64,000 nt of DNA, taken from positions 1,024,001 through 1,088,000 of the forward strand of contig OY843592.1 of the NCBI GenBank assembly GCA_963692865.2. The letters run 5' to 3'. The position numbers and the translations under genes are program-made. The notes under the pieces were generated by a model. It did no database searches. It saw nothing but the letters and a program-made list of their open reading frames with translations, and had not been told where the DNA came from. Positions 55,874-64,000 of this stretch are shown here, piece after piece (the first letter of the stretch is position 1; every line of letters begins with the position of its first letter). Source of the DNA: a bacterium (GTDB lineage Bacteria; UBA8248).

Positions 55874-56898
55874 GGCGTGTCTCCGTTCCAGAGTTCTCGC
55901 TTCTTGGCCTCCACGTCCACGCCGAAGATGCGCGCCTGGTTGAGTCCCAGGATGTTGCGCTTGTCCTGTTCGGTGATCTGGGGGTAGCCGTAGTCGTCCT
56001 GCATGGATTCGGGGATTTCCATGTCCCATATCCACTCGATGACGGGTTTCGCGTTGCCTAAAAGCGCCATCTCGGAACCCCAGAGCACTTTTTCCGAACC
56101 CACGTCGCGCAACAATCTGCCCATCCACTCGGTGAAGGTTCTGGGCGCGACCATGGGCGTGTGGCCGATGCCCGAGAGCACGAGGAAGACGTTCTCGTAG
56201 CGGTTCGCCATCCAGACGACTTCCTCGAAGTAGGGCACCGCCAGGTGGTGGACGCCGAAGAGCAGATCGGGAAAATCAAGGGCCGCGCCCTCGATGTCGA
56301 GCGGCGAGAGGTCGCGCAGCTTCGCCCGCGTGATGGGGTTTCCCTTGTGGAACTGAAAGACTTTAATACCGAGTTCGCGCCCTTTCTCATAGAGGGGGTA
56401 GGCGATTTCGGGGTCGTCGCACGCCCAGGATTTCCCGTCCACGTGGGCGTTGTAGATTTTGATGGATTTCGCCCCCCACTCCTTCACCTGTCGCTCCATC
56501 TCCTCGCACGCGGCGGCCACGCTCGGGTACATCGGGTCCACGGCCCCGCAGAACAGGCAGCGTTCGGGATAGGCCTGCGCGAAGGCGTACTGCGCCTTCA
56601 CGGGCGCGAAGCCGTCCTTGTACAGATCGAACAGGGGCACGGCCTGGGCCATCGCCATGTCGGCGCCCGAATCCTCGAAGACGAGGCGGCCCATGTCCTC
56701 CACGCTCCAGCGGCGCTTGAAGCCCTCCACCGGGTGCCAGTTCGCGTAGACGTCCGTGGGCGCCGTCCGCCTTCTGCCGAGCACCTTGCTCACATGGTAG
56801 TGGCGGTCGTATTCGCTTTGCTCGGAGACGAGGTTCTCGTCCGAGTAGTCGTACATGTGCACCACGTTGTCGAAGACGAATACGTCGCCGCGAATCAT
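55870..56898 (-). CDS. Amidohydrolase 2 family protein
   Basis: DNVVH, FHKG, VHH, VLWGSE, KRNILGLNQARIFG. Confidence 0.85.
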   Translation of the reverse strand: MIRGDVFVFDNVVHMYDYSDENLVSEQSEYDRHYHVSKVLGRRRTAPTDVYANWHPVEGFKRRWSVEDMGRLVFEDSGADMAMAQAVPLFDLYKDGFAPVKAQYAFAQAYPERCLFCGAVDPMYPSVAAACEEMERQVKEWGAKSIKIYNAHVDGKSWACDDPEIAYPLYEKGRELGIKVFQFHKGNPITRAKLRDLSPLDIEGAALDFPDLLFGVHHLAVPYFEEVVWMANRYENVFLVLSGIGHTPMVAPRTFTEWMGRLLRDVGSEKVLWGSEMALLGNAKPVIEWIWDMEIPESMQDDYGYPQITEQDKRNILGLNQARIFGVDVEAKKRELWNGDTP

Positions 56899-56973
56899 GT
56901 TGCGAGGCTCCTTTTAGAGGAACGGATTGCCACCGCCAGATTAGCACACCGCGCGCCGCCGTGTCAGATGGGA

Positions 56974-57240
56974 AGGGTTGTTGAAAAAGCCCCGTCAAGG
57001 GCAGCGAACGCTCCCTCCTCGGGACTGTTGAAAAAGTCCATTAGTCAAGAGTGCTCACCGACATTCCGGCGTTCAGCGATCTGCGAAGGGTCATCTCCCG
57101 TGTGTAGGGGCCGCATACATGCGGCCCTGCCTTTTCGCCTTCACAACACGGGTCGCATATATGCGACCCCTGCACTCCTTCCGGCAAGGCGGTATCCCGT
57201 TACAGTCATTCCGGACGGAGAGGGGATTTTCAACAACCCC
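56974..57240. mobile_element. 267-bp MITE-like element with 5-bp TSD (TGGGA)
   Basis: AGGGTTGTTGAAAAA..TTTTCAACAACCCC with TGGGA at 56969-56973 and 57241-57245. Extra internal TIR at 57021 and a REP pair at 57105-57173. Confidence 0.85.
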
Positions 57241-57384
57241 TGGGAGAGGGAGTTTCCGGTTTGCTTTGAGGGGGTTTTTCGGGTCGCCAGGCCTCATGAA
57301 ACCCCGCTGCGATTGGACTTGGGCCTGAAGTGCGGGTAGAAAAGGCCCTGGTTTTTCACGCGGCAAAGGAGTAGGGAGCATGAA

Positions 57385-58254
57385 ATGGACTGGGTGACGC
57401 TCGCCGTCATTGCGGCTCTCGCGCAGGTGCTCAGAAACGCGGCGATGAAATCCATCGGCCACAAGCTCGACGAGTACATCAACGTGCTGGGGCGCTTCGC
57501 GTTCCTGCTGCCCTTCGCGGCCGTGGCGGTGTGGATGCGGGGCGCGCCCGAGATACAGCCCGGTTTCTGGTGGTATTGCCTCCTCTTCGGCTTCCTGCAG
57601 ACCGCGGCCACGCTCTCGCTGTCCAAGGCGCTCCTCTACGGCTCGATGGGCGTGGTGACCTCGCTCTGGAAACTCGCGACCATCTGGCTGGTCGCGCTCG
57701 CCTTCATCACGCTGGGCGAGGCGCCATCGGCCTGGGGGCTCGTGGGCATCTTGGTTACTCTGGCGGGCGTCTACGGGCTGAACGTCTCTCGCGCGCGTAT
57801 CGGCTGGTTCGAGCCCGTCCGCGCGCTCTTCACCGACAAGGGGATGCGCTACACCGTGCTCGCCTCGCTGCTGTACGCGCCCTCGGTGATCACCTTCAAG
57901 CAGGCGGCGGTGCTCTCGGACGCCGCCTTCGGCACGCTCATTACTTATGCGGCGGCGGCGCTCGTCGTGTTGCCGCTCACGATCTGGAAATCCGCCGAAC
58001 ACTTCAAGGACGCCCCCAAACTCTGGAAGGGCTTCGTGTCCCTGGGGCTGTTCGCCTTCATCACGAGCCTCGCCCAGGCGGAGGCCTACCGCCTCACGCT
58101 CACCTCCTACGTGGAGTCGGTGAAACAGGTCGAGATCCTCCTGGCCATCGGAATCGGCTACGTCTTCTTCAGGGAGCGCGAGCGCGTGCGCGAGACGCTG
58201 CTGGGCGGCGTGGTGATCTTGGCGGGAATCGTCCTGCTGATCCTGGCGGGGTGA
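57385..58254 (+). CDS. EamA/DMT family transporter
   Basis: About 10 TMs, two EamA repeats, LGE, FFRE. Confidence 0.85.
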   Translation: MDWVTLAVIAALAQVLRNAAMKSIGHKLDEYINVLGRFAFLLPFAAVAVWMRGAPEIQPGFWWYCLLFGFLQTAATLSLSKALLYGSMGVVTSLWKLATIWLVALAFITLGEAPSAWGLVGILVTLAGVYGLNVSRARIGWFEPVRALFTDKGMRYTVLASLLYAPSVITFKQAAVLSDAAFGTLITYAAAALVVLPLTIWKSAEHFKDAPKLWKGFVSLGLFAFITSLAQAEAYRLTLTSYVESVKQVEILLAIGIGYVFFRERERVRETLLGGVVILAGIVLLILAG

Positions 58255-58305
58255 ATTCCGACTGGAGAAAGAGGAATTCCGGTTGCGGGAGATGTATCGC
58301 CTGCC

Positions 58306-58780
58306 GTAGGGACAACCCCCTGTGGTTGTCCCTATTCAGGACAGGCACGGGGGCCTGTCCCTACGAGTTCGATTCGAAACGCGGGAGATGCGTAGGGGCG
58401 GACCGATGTGTCCGCCCCCGCCCTCCCTCGGCTTGAAAATCAACCCCCCCTACCCCCCCTTGTCAGGGGGGTATAAAAAGGCGATGCGTCCCCGCCGGGC
58501 AGAGGGGGTTTTGCTTTTTCTTGCCCCCCTGACAAGGGGGGGTAGGGGGGGTGCCTTTGCCCCCTGAGGGGCTTTTTCAACAACCCCCTCAAAGGGGGAA
58601 TGATTCTGGAGGCGACGCTTTAAGTACTCCTCCCTCACAGGTTCTGGATTCCGTCAAACCTCCCGCCTTGGTCGGTTTGACGCCGGAATGACGAACAAAA
58701 CCGCACCGCCTCGTAGTGGGTCGTTCTTGTGAACGGCCCAAGGTCGCGACCTCGGACAGGCACAGGGGCCTGTCCCTACA
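58306..58780. repeat. Repeat mosaic (families C, A, D, E and a TIR end)
   Basis: GTAG REPs at 58306, 58392 and 58714. Intact family A element at 58441-58552, TIR at 58573-58587, family E half at about 58646-58693. Confidence 0.82.
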
Positions 58781-58809
58781 AAAATTGGGCGTTCCTCTCT
58801 TCGCAATCC

Positions 58810-59202
58810 TCAGAGAACGTCTTCCCCTTCGAGCAGGGCCTTCGCTTTCGCGTCGTCATCCGCTGTGAGCGCGACGTTCGCGTAGCCGGCGTGGCGGCTC
58901 AGGATGTGCATGCTCCGGATGTTCACGCCCGCGACCTTGAATTTCTCCGCCACCTTGGCGAGCGCGCCGGGCTCGTCGCGCAGCCTGATGACCGTCGCCT
59001 CGTCCGAGATAGCGCGGAAGCCCGCGTTCATGAGCACGCGCAGGGCGCGGTCGGACTCGGTCGTGGTGAGGATGACGACGCCCTTCTCGCCCGCCGCCTC
59101 GGTGTTCAGGGCCTCGATGTTGATGTCCTCATCGGCCAGCGCCTTGCTGATGTCCGCGATGACGCCGACTTCGTCGCGCACCGTGATGATGATTCGATTC
59201 AT
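58810..59202 (-). CDS. Tandem ACT domain protein
   Basis: DEVGVIADIS..L...INIE and DEPGALAKVA..AGVNI. Confidence 0.9.
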   Translation of the reverse strand: MNRIIITVRDEVGVIADISKALADEDINIEALNTEAAGEKGVVILTTTESDRALRVLMNAGFRAISDEATVIRLRDEPGALAKVAEKFKVAGVNIRSMHILSRHAGYANVALTADDDAKAKALLEGEDVL

Positions 59203-59214
59203 CCAGAATCCTCC

Positions 59215-60345
59215 TCAGGCCGTTCGCCTGTGTTCATGCTTCACGCAGTCGTCTACGAACTCGTTCACCATCTCGCGCGTGACGTGCGGCATGGTGATGA
59301 TGTGGGCGATGTCGCCCAGCGGGGCGATTTGCCACTTGCGCATCACCTCGGCCGGGGGTCTGGGGAAGACGACCGTCACCGAGTTCTCGTGGCGCCAGGC
59401 GGGAACCCCGAACTCGCCAAAGCGCTCGACCGCGTACCCGGCGACCGCCAGCATTTCCGCCACCAGCTCCCGGAACCCGTCCATCCCCAGGCGCTCTAAG
59501 GCGTACCAGAGCATGAGCGGCGTCAGCCCGCTGCGCGAGCCGGGCAGCGTGGTGTCGAGCACGCCCACGTATTCTATCGAGCGCGCGATGCGCGCCACGT
59601 AATCTCGCTTCGTCAGCACGACACCGCAGGGCAGCGGACAGCCGATGAGCTTGTGGCCGCTGATGGATACGCTGTCGAAGCCGGCGTCGAAGCCATAGGG
59701 CTGCGGCTCCTCGACGAAGGGCAGGATCATGCCGCTCAGGGCGGCGTCCGCGTGGACGTAGGCGTTCGTGACCGCCAGGTCGTCCAGGATGCCGCGCACC
59801 TTGCGCACGTCGTCCACGGCGCCCTTCATCGTCGTGCCGATGTTCGCCATGAAGATGACGGGAACGTCGCGGTGGATGCGGATGGTCTCGCGCAGGTCCT
59901 CGTAGTCGATTTCTCCGTCGTCCCGGCTCTTGATCATGATGTTGCGCACGTTCAGCACGCGCAGGATCTTGAGGACGCTGTAGTGCGTGTCCTGCGAGAA
60001 ATAGACCACCCCGTTCGGGAAGAGTTCGCGCCCCATGTAGATGCCGTACATGTTGCCCTCGGTTCCGCCGGAGGTGACGTAGCCCCAGGCGTGTTCCTGC
60101 TCCAGGCGCATCAGGGAAGCGAACCGGGCGATGACCTCGCGTTCGATCTCGTGCGTGTTGCTGCGGAAATTGCTGTCGTGAAAGGGGTCGCCCACGTTGT
60201 TGAGGCTGTAGTCCAGAAAGGGCAGCAAGTCCGAGTAATCGAAGTCCTGGTTGCAGGGATAGCCCACCTGCCGCCGGCCCAGTTCCTCGAAATCGCGCCG
60301 TAATGCGTCGAGACGCGTCCCGGTGAGTGGATTCGGTTCGTTCAT
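59215..60345 (-). CDS. Group II PLP-dependent decarboxylase (histidine/serine decarboxylase family)
   Basis: GYP.NQDFDY, NNVGDPF, WGYVTSGGTEGN, THYS, HADAALSG, SISGHK (PLP Lys). Confidence 0.9.
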   Translation of the reverse strand: MNEPNPLTGTRLDALRRDFEELGRRQVGYPCNQDFDYSDLLPFLDYSLNNVGDPFHDSNFRSNTHEIEREVIARFASLMRLEQEHAWGYVTSGGTEGNMYGIYMGRELFPNGVVYFSQDTHYSVLKILRVLNVRNIMIKSRDDGEIDYEDLRETIRIHRDVPVIFMANIGTTMKGAVDDVRKVRGILDDLAVTNAYVHADAALSGMILPFVEEPQPYGFDAGFDSVSISGHKLIGCPLPCGVVLTKRDYVARIARSIEYVGVLDTTLPGSRSGLTPLMLWYALERLGMDGFRELVAEMLAVAGYAVERFGEFGVPAWRHENSVTVVFPRPPAEVMRKWQIAPLGDIAHIITMPHVTREMVNEFVDDCVKHEHRRTA

Positions 60346-60505
60346 GGCTGAAACCCTCCTGCTCGCGCGAGAGCGAGGTCTTCGGAATTTCTTCCGCGCG
60401 CCTCATCTTCCGCTGCTTTGGACGCCGGATGGCGGCGAAAGTTCCACACGGCTTCAAGATACCCTATTTTCGAGGAGGGAAAAACGACAAAATGCCCCTG
60501 TACAG

Positions 60506-60882
60506 GGGGTTGTTGAAATAGTCCTTCTCTTTCGGAATCGGCCACCGCCGTCATTCCGGCTTTCGCCGGAATGACGAACAAAACCGCACTGCCTCGTAGG
60601 GACAGGTCGCTGTCCCTACAGCCCCTCCCCGTTTGCGGGGATTGCAGACGAGACTTTTTCAACAGCCCCCTCAAGGGGGGAGTGAAATTCGGCGTGTTCC
60701 TTCTGTGGACTTTTCAACAACCCCGTGGAGGGAGCGTTTGTATCGAAGGGCTTGCCCGAGTCTGTCGAGGGGAGCGCTCCCCTTCTTGGCCGGCAATCGC
60801 TCCCGCATTGGTCGCTATTGACCTTCGATACGCGGCTTCGCCGCTATTCAGGAGGAGGCGGAGAGGGGTTTTCAACAACCCC
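60506..60882. mobile_element. Composite TIR element with fragments of families E, C, D and B
   Basis: GGGGTTGTTGAAATA..TTTTCAACAACCCC with flanks TACAG/TTCAG (4/5). Internal right ends at 60655-60669 and 60711-60724. Confidence 0.7.
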
Positions 60883-60961
60883 TTCAGGTGAGGATGCGCG
60901 ATGGGAGGTGCTCGGCGTCGGCCTGGGTTTTTCTGGACGGGGCGCATGGGGCGGCGAATTG

Positions 60962-60990
60962 TTGACACCACGGGATGCCAGCCGTAAGAT
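60962..60990 (+). promoter_or_regulatory. Putative sigma70 promoter of the nuo operon
   Basis: TTGACA-17 nt-TAAGAT. Confidence 0.6.
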
Positions 60991-61057
60991 GCGCTCGATT
61001 TGACATCCCATGTGGCATGAGAAAAAGGTGCGCGCTTGAGCGCCGTGGGGGCATAAA

Positions 61058-61414
61058 ATGCCGGAAGAGTATCTACCCATACTGATTCTCATAGCGCTGG
61101 CGGTCGGATTCGCCGTCGTGAACCTGGGCGTGACGTTCCTGCTCGGCAGGCGCAAGTCCACCGTGGAGAAGGACTTCGCGTATGAGTGCGGCATCGTGCC
61201 GGAGTCGAACGCGCGCGGGCGCTTCAGCGTGAAGTTCTTTCTGGTGGCGATTCTGTTCATCGTCTTCGACGTGGAGCTCATTTTCTTGTATCCATGGGCG
61301 GTGAACCTGAAGAGCATGGGCGTGTACGCTTTTCTCGCGATTCTGCCTTTCATGGCTTTGCTGGTGGCCAGCCTGATATACGAGTGGCGCCGGGGAGCGC
61401 TCGAATGGGACTAG
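61058..61414 (+). CDS. nuoA: NADH-quinone oxidoreductase subunit A
   Basis: YECG, FIVFDVE, PWAV, GALEWD. Confidence 0.95.
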   Translation: MPEEYLPILILIALAVGFAVVNLGVTFLLGRRKSTVEKDFAYECGIVPESNARGRFSVKFFLVAILFIVFDVELIFLYPWAVNLKSMGVYAFLAILPFMALLVASLIYEWRRGALEWD

Positions 61415-61902
61415 AACAACAACTCGAAGGCCAGGTGGTGCTGGGCCGCGCGACCGACGTCATCAAATGGGCGCGCAAGAACAGCCTGTGGCCCGCGCTT
61501 TTCGGCCTGGCGTGCTGCGCCATCGAGATGATGTCGACCTCGGCGGCGAAATACGACATCTCGCGCTTCGGCGCCGAGGTGTTCCGCGCCTCGCCCCGAC
61601 AGGCGGACTTGATGATCGTGGCGGGCCGGGTGTCGCGCAAGATGGCCCCCGTGCTGCGGCAGATTTACGATCAGATGCCCGAGCCGAAATGGGTGATCTC
61701 CATGGGCGCGTGCGCGTCCACGGGCGGGATATTCAACAACTACGCCCTCGTGCAGGGCGTGGACGAGGTCGTGCCCGTCGATATCTACGTGCCGGGCTGC
61801 CCGCCGCGCCCCGAGACGCTCATCGACGGGATCATGAAGCTGCAGGCGAAGATTGCGGATGAAACGCTCTACCGAGAGGATTCCGGCGTCACCTCGCTTT
61901 AG
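61405..61902 (+). CDS. nuoB: NADH-quinone oxidoreductase subunit B
   Basis: [36 protein letters not shown]. Confidence 0.96.
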   Translation: MGLEQQLEGQVVLGRATDVIKWARKNSLWPALFGLACCAIEMMSTSAAKYDISRFGAEVFRASPRQADLMIVAGRVSRKMAPVLRQIYDQMPEPKWVISMGACASTGGIFNNYALVQGVDEVVPVDIYVPGCPPRPETLIDGIMKLQAKIADETLYREDSGVTSL

Positions 61903-62012
61903 ATGATGTGATAAGGCTCCCCGCGCAACGTGAGTTGGAAGTAGAAACAATAGCGGGGTGAGCGCTTTTTCGTGAAATAAGATAAACCTTTTTGGAATGA
62001 GGGATTGAGCCG

Positions 62013-62573
62013 TTGAGTGAAGAGGAGCGCGAGCAGGCCGAGGCGGCGGAGCCCATTGAGAAGACGGACCCCGACCTCGTATTGCTTCAGGCGAAGATCG
62101 GGGGCGGTTTTCTCGGCGCGCGCGCGCATCGCGGCCAGATATCCGCGCAGGTCGCGCCGGAGGCGTTGCTCGACGCGGCGCGGTTTCTGCGCGACGAGAG
62201 AGGCTACAAGCTGCTGAGTTTCGTCTGCGGGGTGGATTGCCTGGAGTTGCCGGTTCCCTACCGGTTCAAGGTGACGTATTCGCTCCTGAACCCCGAGAGA
62301 TCGCGGCGTCTGAGGGTCGAAGCCCCCTGCGCGGACGATCTCGAACCGGCGATGCCCAGCGTCTGCGGGATATGGCCGGGCGCGAGGCTCCATGAGAGCG
62401 AGGCGTACGACCTTCTGGGGATCACCTTCGAGGGGCACCCCGAACTCGAGCGCATCCTCACGCCCGAGGGCTTCGAGGGGCATCCCCACCGCAAGGATTT
62501 CGACATCTCCGCCGAGCCGGTGGCGTTCACCTTCAGGGACACGCCCGCGGGCAAGCCCCAGGCGGCGGAATAA
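62013..62573 (+). CDS. nuoC: NADH-quinone oxidoreductase subunit C
   Basis: E.EAYDLLGITFEGHP.L.RIL, GHPHRKDF. Confidence 0.93.
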   Translation: MSEEEREQAEAAEPIEKTDPDLVLLQAKIGGGFLGARAHRGQISAQVAPEALLDAARFLRDERGYKLLSFVCGVDCLELPVPYRFKVTYSLLNPERSRRLRVEAPCADDLEPAMPSVCGIWPGARLHESEAYDLLGITFEGHPELERILTPEGFEGHPHRKDFDISAEPVAFTFRDTPAGKPQAAE

Positions 62574-62588
62574 GGATCACGGGAGCCG

Positions 62589-63815
62589 TTGATGGCCACG
62601 CAAACGCAGCGCACCGACCCCCTCGACAGCGACGTGCTCGGTCCCATCCAGACCGAGACCATGACGCTCAACATGGGGCCGCAGCACCCGAGCACCCACG
62701 GGGTCCTGCGCGTGGTGCTCGAACTCGACGGCGAGACGGTGCTCTCGTGCAAGCCCGTCATCGGCTACCTGCACACCGGCATCGAGAAGAACATGGAGGA
62801 GAAGACCTACAACAAGGCCCTCCCCATGACCGACCGCATGGACTACCTGGCGCCCATGTCGAACAACCTGGGCTTCGTTCTGGCGGTGGAGAAACTCCTG
62901 GACATGGAGGTTCCCCGAAGGTGTAAGTATCTGCGGGTATTGCTCGCCGAGATGACGCGCCTGAACAGCCACCTGGTCTGGCTCGGCACCCACGCGCTCG
63001 ATCTGGGCGCGATGACGGTCTTTCTCTATTGCTTCCGGGAGCGGGAGCAGCTCTTGAAGATTTTCGAGAAGGTGTCGGGCGTGCGCATGATGACGAGCTA
63101 TTTCCGCGTGGGCGGCGTGGCGCGCGAGCCGTACCCTTCGTTTTACGAGGATTGCCGGAATTTCCTGGAACCCTTCTCGGAGCGCGTTGACGAGTACGAG
63201 GAACTGCTCACGAACAACCCCATCTATATAAGGCGCGCACGGGGCGTGTGCGCCATGACGGCGGAGCAGGCCTACGCCCTCGGCATCACGGGGCCGCTGC
63301 TCAGAGCCTGCGGCGTCCCCTACGACATCCGCAAGAACGAGCCCTACTCGGGCTATGAGGAGTTCGACTTCGAGGTCCCCGTGGGCGAGCGGGGGGACAT
63401 TCTGGACAGGTATCTGGTGCGGATCGCCGAGATGCGCGAGTCCCGGCGCATCGCCATGCAGGCGCTCGAGGGAATGCCCGAAGGGCCCCTCATGGCGGAC
63501 AACCCCAAGGTGGTGCCGCCGCCCAAGGAGCAGTTGGCCCACGACATGGAGGCGCTGATCCACCACTTCAAGATATTCACCGAGGGCTACGGCGTGCCCG
63601 AGGGAGAGGTGTACCAGGCCATAGAGTCCCCGCGGGGAGAGCTCGGCTTCTACATGATCAGCGACGGCGGCCCGGGTCCTTACAAGGTAAAGGTGCGCGC
63701 GCCGAGTTTCGCGAATCTCCACGCGCTCTCCGAGATCACCCGGGGCGGGCTGATGGGCGACGTCGTGGCCGCCATCGGCAGCATCGACATCGTGCTGGGC
63801 GAGATAGATCGCTAG
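62589..63815 (+). CDS. nuoD: NADH-quinone oxidoreductase subunit D
   Basis: NMGPQHPSTHGVLR, GYLHTG, ESPRGELG, DIVLGEIDR. Confidence 0.96.
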   Translation: MMATQTQRTDPLDSDVLGPIQTETMTLNMGPQHPSTHGVLRVVLELDGETVLSCKPVIGYLHTGIEKNMEEKTYNKALPMTDRMDYLAPMSNNLGFVLAVEKLLDMEVPRRCKYLRVLLAEMTRLNSHLVWLGTHALDLGAMTVFLYCFREREQLLKIFEKVSGVRMMTSYFRVGGVAREPYPSFYEDCRNFLEPFSERVDEYEELLTNNPIYIRRARGVCAMTAEQAYALGITGPLLRACGVPYDIRKNEPYSGYEEFDFEVPVGERGDILDRYLVRIAEMRESRRIAMQALEGMPEGPLMADNPKVVPPPKEQLAHDMEALIHHFKIFTEGYGVPEGEVYQAIESPRGELGFYMISDGGPGPYKVKVRAPSFANLHALSEITRGGLMGDVVAAIGSIDIVLGEIDR

Positions 63816-63839
63816 AGTGAAATAGAGGGCGGTATTGTT

Positions 63840-64000
63840 TTGGCGTTGATACGGTTTCCCCATTCCGGGCAGGAAGAGCGCTTCGAGTTCTCGCCCGAGA
63901 ACCGCGCGGAACTGGAGCGCATGATCGCCAGGTATCCGGTGAAGCGCTCGGCCCTCATCCCCGCGCTTCAACTGGCGCAGGAGCAGGAGGGCTACATCAC
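63840..64000 (+). CDS. nuoE: NADH-quinone oxidoreductase subunit E (5' part, runs off the window)
   Basis: FEFSPENRAELERMIARYPVKRSALIPALQLAQEQEGYI. Start codon uncertain. Confidence 0.85.
   Translation, partial: MALIRFPHSGQEERFEFSPENRAELERMIARYPVKRSALIPALQLAQEQEGYI

Overview
GC-rich bacterial chromosomal window of about 55 mostly metabolic and housekeeping genes. It holds a circularly permuted ATP-grasp/alpha-E/transglutaminase operon, futalosine-pathway genes (mqnE, mqnA, mqnC and a deaminase), bioF, crcB, two CoA-transferase pairs, rluB, scpAB, panE, a KamA-like radical SAM, a nitrile-hydratase-like pair, a group II PLP decarboxylase and nuoA-E (nuoE truncated by the window edge). Four small nuclease or toxin-antitoxin islets lie between housekeeping genes. 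Four observations are not obvious from the ORF track. (1) Two probable UGA-recoded selenoprotein genes, each with a SECIS-like hairpin: an unannotated 90-aa AhpD/CMD-like protein (CxxU) coupled to a membrane methyltransferase, and a PrdB/GrdB-like protein (UxxC) ending a coupled amidohydrolase-NifU-MFS-MFS operon. (2) A family of non-autonomous elements with 15-bp terminal inverted repeats (GGGGYTGTTGAAAAA) and 5-bp target duplications, carrying different REP-like repeats as cargo and inserting into other repeats. (3) An in-frame MqnA-amidase fusion that keeps an internal RBS. (4) A nitrile-hydratase-like locus with no beta N-terminal subunit. No rRNA, tRNA, CRISPR array or transposase was seen. 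All family calls come from motif recognition by eye, not database searches.
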